In this document: in pieces, positions 35,671 to 46,188 of the stretch
How the letters are laid out: every line of letters begins with the position of its first letter
How positions within the stretch are numbered: the stretch's first letter is position 1
Assembly: GCA_907165135.1 (NCBI GenBank)
Contig: OU015566.1
Span: 13,702,001-13,766,000, forward strand
Direction: 5' to 3'
Source: Oikopleura dioica
Taxonomy: Eukaryota > Animalia > Chordata
Length of the DNA: 64,000 nucleotides
Translations under genes and position numbers: made by a program
The notes under the pieces: generated by a model
What the model was told of the DNA's origin: nothing
Seen by the model: only the letters and a program-made list of their open reading frames with translations
Databases searched by the model: none

Positions 35671-37536
35671 ATGAAATTAGTATATTCTCTTTTGACAGTG
35701 TGTCTCGCAAAGCGCGGTAAACGCAATCGAGGAGGAGAGGCTGATGCACCACTAACACGACCTAATAACCCCTTGGCCGGGTACGTTGAGGGCGGAAAGA
35801 GCCATGGTGGCAGTTGCAAGAATTTCGCTGTTCCTCAATATTGCTGCGAAGAAGGCGAAATCGATCACTGCAAAACAGGATCATGCTGGTGCGACGTGGT
35901 CTGCTGCCACTACGGCGACTGTTGTTCAGACTACGACGATGGATTCTGCGCCGCTCAACTTGGCTCCTGCTTTGAGCAAACTGGCACGACAAGTTGCAAG
36001 AGCGGCTTCTTCTTTGACGGCAGCGGCTGTTCCGACATCGACGAGTGCGCCACTGGGACTCACAGTTGCAATACCGTCACTCAACAATGCGTAAACACGT
36101 CTGGGTCGCACACCTGCAACACAGTTGCCATCCCGTGCCCAGCGGGATTCACCGGAAATGAGCCCAATTGTGCAGACATAAACGAGTGCGCTGCTGGAAC
36201 CCACACTTGCGCTGCCACCGTCGAAAGTTGCGTCAACACTGCTGGATCTTTTAACTGCATTTGCTCAAGCGGATACGAGCAAAACGATGCCGGAGTTTGC
36301 GTTGATATCGACGAGTGCGCCCGAGGTACGGACAGTTGCGCTGACACCGTCGAAACTTGTGTCAACAATGTGGGTTCTTTCACCTGCCCATGCTCCAGTG
36401 GATACGAAGAAAACGGTGCCGGAGTCTGCGTCAACATTGATGAGTGCGCTCGAGGCACTGATACATGCAACGCAGTCACAGAAGATTGCAACGACACTGC
36501 CGGCTCCTTCTTCTGCACCTGCGCCAAAGGCTTCGCCGCAGACTCTTCTGGAACATGCGTTGATGTAGATGAATGCGCTGATGGGACGGATACCTGTGCT
36601 GCCATTGTTGAAACCTGCGTTAACAACTTTGGTTCCTTCACTTGTCCATGCTCAACTGGATACGAACGAGATGGTGCGGGAGTTTGCGTTGATATCGACG
36701 AGTGCACCCGGGGTACGGACAGTTGCGCTGACACCGTCGAAACTTGCGTCAACAATGTCGGATCTTTCGACTGCCCCTGCTCAACTGGATACGAACGAGA
36801 CGGTGCCGGAGTTTGTGTCAACATTGATGAGTGCGCTCGAGGCACTGATACATGCGATGATGTCACAGAAGTTTGCAACGATTCTGTAGGCTCCTTCTTC
36901 TGCACCTGCGCCACAGGCTACGCCGCAGACTCTACTGGAACATGCGTTGATGTAGATGAATGCGCTGATGGGACGGATACCTGTGCCGCCATTGTTGAAA
37001 CCTGCGTAAACACTATTGGATCATACGACTGCCCATGCTCTAGCGGATACGAGCGAGGAGATGATGGTGTATGCGCCGATATCGACGAGTGCGCCCGAGA
37101 AATTGACACGTGCCACCCAACAAAAGAACGATGCGACAATTTGGCCGGCTCCTACGAATGCATCTGCTTGCCAATGTCTTACGACAAAGCAATTGGCACC
37201 ATTCAAGAATGGATCGACATTACCTACGAAGTCGTCGCCGATCATGGTCGAGCCGGAAAATTCCAAATCCGAACTGACAAACTTCTTCGAAACGCGCTTC
37301 GCAGCTACGAAGTCAACTGCACTGCTCCCTACGACGCTGAGCGTATCGGGAAGAACGACTTCGCCATCTGGGAAAAACAAGCTGTCCGATCTGAAGACCA
37401 CTGCACTCAGACTGAAACCATCAAAGCTGGCCTGTACGCCTGGGTTGACAACTACGCCTGCATGAGCAAGAAAACGAGTCGACAAACGAAACGAGTGACC
37501 AAGTTCATTGGAAAAATGACCAACCCTTACTGTTAA
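35671..37536 (+). CDS. Intronless secreted protein: signal peptide, somatomedin-B-like domain, ~9 calcium-binding EGF repeats, Cys-containing C-terminal domain (copy 1)
   Basis: 621-aa ORF with CWCDVVCCHYGDCCSDY (SMB-like) and 43-aa D(I/V)DEC...C.N..GS(F/Y).C repeats. Confidence 0.9.
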   Translation: MKLVYSLLTVCLAKRGKRNRGGEADAPLTRPNNPLAGYVEGGKSHGGSCKNFAVPQYCCEEGEIDHCKTGSCWCDVVCCHYGDCCSDYDDGFCAAQLGSCFEQTGTTSCKSGFFFDGSGCSDIDECATGTHSCNTVTQQCVNTSGSHTCNTVAIPCPAGFTGNEPNCADINECAAGTHTCAATVESCVNTAGSFNCICSSGYEQNDAGVCVDIDECARGTDSCADTVETCVNNVGSFTCPCSSGYEENGAGVCVNIDECARGTDTCNAVTEDCNDTAGSFFCTCAKGFAADSSGTCVDVDECADGTDTCAAIVETCVNNFGSFTCPCSTGYERDGAGVCVDIDECTRGTDSCADTVETCVNNVGSFDCPCSTGYERDGAGVCVNIDECARGTDTCDDVTEVCNDSVGSFFCTCATGYAADSTGTCVDVDECADGTDTCAAIVETCVNTIGSYDCPCSSGYERGDDGVCADIDECAREIDTCHPTKERCDNLAGSYECICLPMSYDKAIGTIQEWIDITYEVVADHGRAGKFQIRTDKLLRNALRSYEVNCTAPYDAERIGKNDFAIWEKQAVRSEDHCTQTETIKAGLYAWVDNYACMSKKTSRQTKRVTKFIGKMTNPYC

Positions 37537-37671
37537 AACTTGGATTTTGCAATTTTATGTCAGTGAAACTCTTATTTTGCAAAATAAACAGACTTCGATC
37601 TTTAATCATATTCTTTCCTTTTTTTCTAAAAATAATCACATCAACCATCAATTATCATGTTCAAGCAATTC

Positions 37672-37860
37672 ATTTTCTTTTCAGCTGCAAAAGCCAGCAG
37701 AAACTCCAAACAGGAAGGCGATTTTCATCAATACCCCAATAACTTCTTGACCAATCAATTGATATTTGACGCATTTCTGGTTGCTAGAGCAAATTTATGC
37801 CTTTTCGCTATTCTCGATCGAAAGTGCCGCGGTAGCGGACGTTATCAGGTTGATTAGCCG
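37672..37860 (-). pseudogene. Internally deleted duplicate of the 3' part of the kelch-like gene
   Basis: Aligns to 41740-41841 joined directly to 42340-42434. Confidence 0.88.
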
Positions 37861-38325
37861 AAGTAAGATCCTCCTCGTTGATTTCACTTCTTTTTATTCA
37901 ATTCAAGAATCGACCCAAGAGGCTGTTTCCGACATTTCTTCGATAAATACCGCAAAAACTCAAACCCAGAAAGTGGTCTCGGAGACAGATCCCAAAGTCG
38001 CGTCAGAGCTTCTCGACAAATGCATAAAAAGCGGGTTCCCGGGCCAGATGAAAAAGGAGACGGCTGCCAATACCGCCACTGCCGAAAACACGACGCCATC
38101 AACGACCTCAATCGAGGAACAGGATTAAGTCAGATATATTCTTGAGCACTCTATAGGTACGAAAACCTTCATTTACTGTCATTTATTATCTGACTTTTCT
38201 AGCCATGCGATTGCGTCGTCCAACTTTTTTCTTCATTTAACTCCCTCACACCTTCAAGGAACAAAAATGATCGTAAGGAACAATTTCGACAACCAAAAAC
38301 GCCAAAAATGAGCTTTCCGCATGTT
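37861..38325 (+). pseudogene. CDC37: Truncated, internally deleted duplicate of CDC37 3' exons and 3' UTR
   Basis: Aligns to 32921-~33030 fused to ~33347-33715. Homology resumes at 38699 after an insertion; no promoter or 5' exons. Confidence 0.9.
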
Positions 38326-38698
38326 ATTAATTCTCTTGAAGATGACACCTTGAATTAATTTCGTTTATTTTGTTTAAGGGCTACCGGGGACTCCCAGTAC
38401 CAATTTTGGCAAGGCAAAATTTTAGTCAGCCAGGAACGCCCGCTCCGCGGGTTTTGTGGTAAGAAACTTACTGATTCGGACAGGCTGCACTTCTATTCAC
38501 CTGTCTTCTATTGTTCCGACTGAAATATTTCGTTATAATATCACTCGGAAAGCCGGAATTGGTACTCCTAGTACCATAAATGGCTTGGGTACTGCGAGTC
38601 CCCGACGACAGTGTGCAAAATTGATATCTCTGCCACTCACTGTTTCTGAAGACGGACAAACCAAGTCCGAAAGCTTAAACAAAATAAACGAAATCAAC
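38326..38698. mobile_element. 373-bp insertion with nested inverted repeats
   Basis: Flanked by the 11-bp direct repeat TTCCGCATGTT (38315-38325, 38699-38709), which is single at the paralogous site near 33705. 20-bp IR at 38360-38379/38673-38692 and 17-bp IR at 38385-38401/38588-38604. Confidence 0.82.
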
Positions 38699-39364
38699 TT
38701 CCGCATGTTCACAACAAACTCGAAATAAAACTTGTTTCTTTCCGACCATGCGGTTTCTAACACCCCTTGTTTTGAGCGGTTCCTAACAAACGCATCTTGT
38801 TTCTTTGATTGATTATTTTTTTTTCTCAAACAAACTGACCAAATATAATCGCAGTTTTTGCTTTATTAGAGGGAGATTTTTCAACCGCGAACATCAGCAG
38901 ATACGTAGGACAGGGATAGGGTTCCTGATTTAATGCCGCCATTTTGGCACCAAAATTTCGAGAATCCGGCCTGAAATTGGAATCGTATGTTTGCCGATAT
39001 TGGACTTTATTTGGTCGAGATTTTTTTGTTATTAAAGAGGGTCTTTTGTTTACTGCTGTTTAATTTGCTCCCTGCTCGCTGGAGGGAAATTTAGGCCAAG
39101 AAGAAAATGCCAAGCTGAACCCGGCTTATCAATTTGAACGAGCGTTGGAACTCATTGAAATCTACAATGCAAATCAGTGATTTGTGGGCTAACAAGACGT
39201 TCTGTTTATATTTTGTTATTGAGTCGACAGTTATTCTGAATAACTTATTATTATTATTCACACTCGTGAAGTTAAAGTGGCAGATTTTAGGATTAGGATT
39301 TGTGATGACATAAACACTTTTGTCATTATGATGCCAGTATGTAAGTAAAACAATTGCCCTTTGT

Positions 39365-39446
39365 AGATCCCTAAAATGAAGCCTCGAAATCGTTTTATGA
39401 CTTGTAGAATCGATTTCCGGGGTGGAGAAAAGTTGACGGGGGTTAG
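39365..39446. repeat. Partial copy of the 56733-57071 MITE
   Basis: Shares AAATCGTTTT.TGAC.TGTAGAATCGATTTCCGGGGT and TTGACGGGGGT with the right end of that element. Confidence 0.7.
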
Positions 39447-39711
39447 AAAAAAACTTAACTAGCTGTTATACCGATGCATTATAGATAGATCGCGATTCAC
39501 ATTCCTAAATGACCAAAAATATAATTGCCAATAAGCCAATTAAAATTTCCGTCAAGCAAAACCCCAGTCAAGTTCCTCCTGTTTTTCTGATGAGGTTAAA
39601 ATGTTATGCCTCTCGCGCCCCGGCGCTCTCGCCTGCTCGTAGCGAGAACTCATGAAAGTTCATGTTAAAATCGCTCTGACCCAAAAAAATGAAAACATAG
39701 TGATCTTCAAA

Positions 39712-41502
39712 ATGAAAATATTTTATTTTTTGACAGTGAGTCTCGCAAAACGCAATCTGGGAAGAAACGCCGATGCACCACCTACACGACCTTTTAACCC
39801 CCTTTTGGCCGGGAACGTCGTGAGTAATAAAAACAGTGGTAGCAGTTGCAAGAATTTCGCTGTTCCTCAATTTTGCTGCGAAGAAGGCAACATCGGTGAA
39901 TGCAACACAGGAATATGCTGGTGCGACGCGGTCTGCTGCAACTACAACGACTGTTGCTCAGACTACGACGAGGGATTCTGCGCCGCTCAACTTGGCTCCT
40001 GCTTTGAGCAAACAGGCACGACAAGTTGCCATAGCGGCTTTTCTTTTGACGGCAGCGGCTGTTCCGACATCGACGAGTGTGCCAACGGCTCTCACAGTTG
40101 CAATACCGTCACTCAACAATGCGTAAACACGTCTGGATCGCACACCTGCAACACAGTTGCCATCCCGTGCCCAGCTGGATTTAGCGGAAATGAGCCAAAT
40201 TGTGTAGACATAGACGAGTGCGCTGGTGGAACCCACACTTGCGCTGCCACCGTCGAAACTTGCGTCAACACTGCAGGTTCTTTCACCTGCCCTTGCTCAA
40301 GTGGATACGAGCAAAACGGTGCCGGAGTTTGCGTTGATATCGACGAATGTGCCAGAGGTACGGACACTTGCGCTGACACCGTCGAAACTTGTGTCAACAA
40401 TGCCGGATCTTTCACCTGCCCGTGCTCAACTGGATATGAGCAAAACGGTGGCGGAGTTTGCGTTGATATCGACGAGTGCGCCCGAGGTACAGATAGTTGC
40501 GCTGACACCATCGAAACTTGCGTCAACAATGTCGGATCTTTCACCTGCCCTTGCTCCATTGGATACGAGAGAGATGATGGGGGAGTTTGCGTTGATATCG
40601 ACGAGTGTGCCCGAGGCACGGACACTTGCGCTGACATCGTCGAAACTTGCGTCAACAATATCGGATCTTTTGACTGCCCTTGCTCAACCGGATACGAGCG
40701 AGATGATACGGGAGTTTGCGTCAACATCGATGAGTGCGAACGAGGCACTGATACATGCGACCGAGTCACAGAAGTTTGCAACGACACTATAGGCTCCTTC
40801 TTCTGCACCTGCGCCGAAGGCTACGCCCCAGACTCAAATATATTGATATTCAACAATGTTCAAGTATGTGTTGATGTAGATGAATGTGTTCATAGGACTA
40901 CCTGTGCCGTCCTTGCTGAAACCTGCGAAAACACCGTTGGTTCATTCACTTGTTCATGCTCAACTGGATACGAACGTAACGAAGCTGGAGTCTGCGTCGA
41001 TATCGACGAGTGCGCCCGAGAAATCGACACGTGCCACGCAACAAAAGAACGATGCGAGAATCTGCCGGGCTCCTACGAATGCATCTGCTTGCCAATGTCT
41101 TTCGACGAATCCATGGACACCATTCGAGAATGGATCAACATTACCTCCGAAGTCCTTGCCGATCACCGTCGTGGAGGCAAATTTGGAAACCGGGCTGACA
41201 AACTTCTTCAAAACATGCTTCTCTGCCACGAAGTCAACTGCACTGCTCCCCACGATGCTGAGCGAGTCGGCGAGAACGACTTCGCCGTCTGGAACAAGGG
41301 GGCTGTCCGATTCGAAGACCACTGCTCTCAGACGAAAATCATCAAAGCTGGCCTGTACACGTGGCTTGACAACTACGCCTGCATGAGCAGCAAAACGAGC
41401 CGACACACTAAACGAGTGTCTAGGTTCATTGTAAAAATGACAAATCCTTACTGTTACAGTACCACTTACTACCGTAAACCCGCATTTTACATAATAAACT
41501 GA
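39712..41502 (+). CDS. Intronless secreted SMB + ~8 cbEGF protein (copy 2)
   Basis: Paralogue of 35671-37536. Probable start is ATG 39712 (MKIFYFLTVSLAKRN), aligning with the copy 1 start; the ORF track begins 20 codons earlier. Confidence 0.9.
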   Translation: MKIFYFLTVSLAKRNLGRNADAPPTRPFNPLLAGNVVSNKNSGSSCKNFAVPQFCCEEGNIGECNTGICWCDAVCCNYNDCCSDYDEGFCAAQLGSCFEQTGTTSCHSGFSFDGSGCSDIDECANGSHSCNTVTQQCVNTSGSHTCNTVAIPCPAGFSGNEPNCVDIDECAGGTHTCAATVETCVNTAGSFTCPCSSGYEQNGAGVCVDIDECARGTDTCADTVETCVNNAGSFTCPCSTGYEQNGGGVCVDIDECARGTDSCADTIETCVNNVGSFTCPCSIGYERDDGGVCVDIDECARGTDTCADIVETCVNNIGSFDCPCSTGYERDDTGVCVNIDECERGTDTCDRVTEVCNDTIGSFFCTCAEGYAPDSNILIFNNVQVCVDVDECVHRTTCAVLAETCENTVGSFTCSCSTGYERNEAGVCVDIDECAREIDTCHATKERCENLPGSYECICLPMSFDESMDTIREWINITSEVLADHRRGGKFGNRADKLLQNMLLCHEVNCTAPHDAERVGENDFAVWNKGAVRFEDHCSQTKIIKAGLYTWLDNYACMSSKTSRHTKRVSRFIVKMTNPYCYSTTYYRKPAFYIIN

Positions 41503-41738
41503 GCTCCATGATTTTCTTCCTTGATTCCAGACTTCATTCTTCTTTTTGTTTCAGTTGCATCTTGAGTCACAAATTCTTGAGTTTTACTTTGAATGCTCTG
41601 ATGCACTCATTACTCCAACAAAATGTCAAAAGTAATCTCTTCATACATCAATTTTCGGTTGAGATACCAACTCGGCTTAAGATGATCCTACTTGAGACTT
41701 TTTTTCAGAAAAAAAAACAGAAAATATACGATGACGGT

Positions 41739-43145
41739 TTATTTTTCTTTTCCGCTGCAAAAGCCAGCAGAAACTCCCAAAAGAACAGGAAGACGATTTT
41801 CAACCATATTGCCAATAACTTCTTGATCGATCAATTGATCTCCTTCAAAATCCAGTCGTTCAATTGCATGCGGGCTTTTTGTACCAGAGACGATAAAGAC
41901 TGAATTGTTGATCAAAATAGCCGATCCACACATGTCAACCTTAATTGAAGTGAAGCTCTTATTTGGAATTTTTTTCACTTGCATTTTTCAGATCCCCGAT
42001 TTTCCTCCATTTGTCATTTTTAAAGAGCCAAATTGCTTTTTGCGGAATTTTATTTGTTGCTCCTCCAGCGAGAAGAAGATTTCCACTCGGTAGGCCGACC
42101 AGAAAATGATACGCTATCTGACTATGAACTTATTTTAATAAAGATAATTTCGGTAATTGGAAACCTCGGGAAATCAGTCAAAATCTCCCAGCCAGAAGAA
42201 GTGAGGCTTTCGACTTTATTTCCGCCAGGATTGAAGTTACTTCCCACCGTCATTGGTCTTCCTTCGTAAAAGGCAAGGTTGCCAGCCCAGTGACGAAAGT
42301 TCGGGGCAAACGATGGAGTGGAAGCTGTTCCGTTGAAGATTTCGCATTTTTGGCTTGCAGAGCAAAGTAATGCCTTTTCGCTATTTTCGATCGAAAGTGC
42401 TGCGGCAGCTGATATAATCTGGTTGATTAGCCGAGGAGACAGTTTTTTCCATTCGCAGCCGTCAAGTTTACCGATCTGAAAAATGAACAAAATGCATTTT
42501 GAAATCTTCGATTTTCCTTACTTTTCGATTGTCCGTGTATCCGCCGAAAATGAAGAGTTCGTCTCTTAAAAGAGCATTTTGCGCGTCTCTCAGGAAATTT
42601 CTTTTAGGAGCTTCAACTCGAGGTTCTGATTTTTGATCATTTATGACAGTTACGAAAAGTCGGAACCTTTCTTTCATTTTCGCTCGTTCGATTTTTGAAC
42701 TAGCAAGAGAAATAGTTATAAAGTCGATATTACCATCGGGTCCGATTTGTCCAGAGCTATACATTACCAAAAGATGCTAAAGAAATTTTTGAAAGTCAAT
42801 GAAAATTTGATGAATTTGGGTAAAAATTAGCTGGCTTCTTTCAATTACCGTTGTTCTTGGAGCTGTTGTTGTTAACGATTTCGTCGTAGTTATCGTAGTT
42901 GTCGTGGTTGTCGTAGTTGTTGTCGATGTCGTAGTAAATGTCGTTGTTTGATTGAATTCAGTGAAACTAAAATCGGTTTCTTCAGGCTCGGATTTCTCTA
43001 TAAAAGCCAAGGCGACGATGAAGACAACGATCAAATTCAAGATGATGAGATTTTTACCGAATTTATTTACTTTCCAAACTGTCTCTGTCATTTTTGAACT
43101 TGTGCTGTCAGATACCGGCAATCCGAGGAACACTCCGAGTGTCAT
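41739..43145 (-). CDS. Single-pass membrane protein with Thr-rich stalk and kelch-like beta-propeller
   Basis: Hydrophobic LIILNLIVVFIVALAFI, poly-Thr tract, ELFIFGG, YEGRPMTVG, LLLAGG and SVFIVSG motifs across GT-AG introns. Confidence 0.72.
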
Positions 43146-43532
43146 AAAACAAAGTCGTTAAATGTGGGAGCAAATGGAGTCGTTTCCAAATTATAGTTCA
43201 ACTGGATACTGTCTAGGTACATGAGAAAGCGTAGACAGAGAGGTACAGATCTAGGTTCGGAAACCTGTGTAGAAAACCTGAGTCAGGTTGTGAAAGAGCC
43301 TGACAAAAGCCGCATATGCGTTTTTTTTATGATTTAAGCCGCAAAAACAACCATTTTAATCTATTAAAAATTCTGTAGAACCCTGACTCAGGTTTTTTCC
43401 AAAGGCTGCCGAATCAGATTCTCCACACCTGCTCGGAAAGCGGAGGAATCTCCCGCGCGCCCTGATTGGCCGCGCTCGCGAAAGTTGCCCTCCGCCAGTG
43501 GCCCGATTTTCTGAAAAACTCAAAGCCCAGAA

Positions 43533-46188
43533 ATGTCGGTAGAAATAGAGCAAGTCGCTGACCAACCGGTAAAGAAAGAAGCAGAGAAAGCAGGAGAAGA
43601 AGAAAATGTTGAAAAGAAGAAAAGAGGAACGAATAGAATGCCCCCAACTTCAACAAATCCAAATACTCTTTTTAAAAAGGGTAGAATTTCAAGAGAAGAG
43701 TGGATTAAACTCACCAGGCAAAAGAAAAAGGTATTCTTTGGAAGAAAAACTAATTGTAACTCGTTTCTCTTCAGGAAAGAGCGGCAAAATGGCGAGAAGA
43801 AAACGGAATTCCAGAACCCGAGCGAAAATTTAACCTCAACAACGAAAAAATTTGGTTCAGAAACACTTACAGGCAGACTAAAGTTCATCTAGTCAATAAT
43901 TTTGTCAACAAATTGAAAAGTAAGTCTCCCAACTCTGCAATTGAGGATTTCTGCGAAAGATTTAAGCCTATTTTGATGAATTATTGCCCTTTTAGAGCCG
44001 ATTATGGCCGCAGAATAAGGTTTTTACGGCTCAAATAGGCAAAAAATCTGATAGAACTCGAAATTCTCCAGTTTTCTAGGGAAATAAAGGGCACTTTAGC
44101 TATTTTTATGCTATTTTAAACAGGTTTTAGCTGTTTCCTTGACCAAAATGTGCTAAAAAGGTAGTACATTGATGAAAAAGGCCAGAATTTCGGGTTCAAA
44201 ACTTTGATTTTCCGGTAACTACTCCTGTTTGTTAAGAAATCTTCTTTAGAATATCGATATTCCCGCGAAAAATTAACGACAGAAGTCGACATAGCTAGTC
44301 TATCCGAGCAAAAGAAGAAGAACATCCAAAAAAAGCTCCTTCGATGTAAGAACGCAGAAGAATCGCTGCTCAAAGAAATGTACCTGATCAAGAGCTGGAA
44401 AGCAAACGACGTTTTCGAAATGTTGCTCAAAAACGAACCCGTCCCATTCGCCGATGCTTGTCAAATTGCTCACGACACGGGGAACTTGGATTTAAGAGCG
44501 AGAGAGAGGATAAGACAGTACAAACTGGTCCTGCCGGTTTGGGAAAAGCTCAATAAAGGTGAGTTCCAAAAAAAGACTTCCCTGTAGCAGAGTTTCTCTA
44601 CAATAGAAATGAAAGACCATAATGATTTTTTCTGGAGGAGGATCCAAATTATCTCGATCTCTTCATCAGTCTGATTTTTAAATTGAATCTAGACTCATAG
44701 TACGCTGGTTTTCTGAATAAATGTGGCTTGAAGCTCAAAATATCGATTATCATTAAATAATAGTAATTACTACCTCTCATCAAAACATTCAGAATTGAAG
44801 CTCTTCGACTCTTCCCGGAGCCTGGAAGGCGCAAGTAAGGCTGCTGCTTTGGCAAAAACTGTCCTCGAAGAATCTGAAAAACAAACATCAAAAGAAAAAG
44901 TCTCTTCTGAAGTTTCAAAAGCTTCAATCAAAAAAGAATCATCAGAAAACCCAGATTCGCAACCCAGTTCAAAGAAGCAGGTTCTCCAGCCTTCTTTTTC
45001 TGCATTTATTCCATTTTGTGTCTTTTAGATTCAGAGGAAGATCGAGCCAGAATCGGACAACGACACGGATGGGAGCGAGGTGGACGAAGATGACATGCCA
45101 GAGGAAATTTCAAATGCAGATGCGGCGCGCTTCGATTTCAACAAGCTCGGAAAACTCGTGCAGAAAGCTGATGCCACGACGAAAGACGAAGAGGAGAAGG
45201 AAGCAGAGGAAGAGGAGGAAGACGAAGACGACTTCAAGGAGTATTCGAGTGATGAGGAATCGGAAGAAAGTGAAGAAGAGGAGGAGGAGCACGTCAAGGA
45301 AGCCCTAAAGGTACTCAAAATCTTAAATTTTGAATGCTATGTACCTGTAGAAGTCGTTTATAATCGTTGAGTTTTCAGGAAGATGAGCCGTTCGAGATCG
45401 AATTCGCCCTCCCAAAGAGTTTCCAAAACAAAACTACTGACGCAAAAGCAGAAGTAAAGCCAGAAATCGACGTCAAAACAGACGACTTTGATGCTGATTC
45501 GGAATCATCAGATGATGAAGGGGCAGAAAGCGATGACGAGAATGAATCAAGTGACGACGAAGGTCTGTTTTAAATGAAACGAAAATTGGGTAATTGATAT
45601 TTTTAAAGGAGATGAAGAGAAAGAAACGTCGGCGACGAATGGGTTCTTTATGACTGCCGATCACAAGCCAGTCAAGGTGGCAAAGACGTCAAAGAAGGAA
45701 GTCAAGCGGTTCGCCAAAGACAATCGCGACGGGCAAAGGGAACGAAAAAGGCATGCCAAAGCTGTTTATGGCCAGAATCTAATAGGTAAAGAAATTTGAA
45801 TCGATGCTTTATTGGAGATCATAAAACACTTGGAAATTGCCATAATTGTATTCAGCTGTATTTAATTTCTCTTTTAATTATCAGATAATTTGTCTTTCAT
45901 TAAAAGAATTGGAAGGTTCATTCCATACTTTACAATTCGGGCTCTAAATTGTCGAACTTCTGGAAAGGGGTTAAAACTTTTCTTTCAGAAATGGAAAAAC
46001 AAGCGCAGCAAAAACAGAAGCTCGCTGCGAAGAAAGAGCGAAAAGCCGAAAAGCGCAAATTGAAGGAAGAAAAGAAAAACCAACCTGCCGAACTCCACGG
46101 AAGTTGGGCAGCCAGTAAGCGAGCGAAAGAACAGACAGTAATCCAGAAGTTCGAGGGAAAGAAAATTACTTTCGACGATTCTGATTGA
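43533..46188 (+). CDS. SRFBP1: Serum response factor-binding protein 1 / BUD22-domain protein
   Basis: C-terminal ELHGSWAASKRAKEQ...FEGKKITFDD, N-terminal LLKEMYLIKSWK, acidic middle and NRDGQRERKR motif. Confidence 0.85.

Noticed and set aside
35762-37485. Multiple overlapping ORFs in other frames and antisense across the EGF genes (also 39794-41406)
   Set aside because: Shadows of repetitive Cys-rich coding sequence.
35671-41502. 129-bp periodic repeats as a possible CRISPR-like or satellite array
   Set aside because: They are in-frame cbEGF coding repeats with no repeat-spacer structure.
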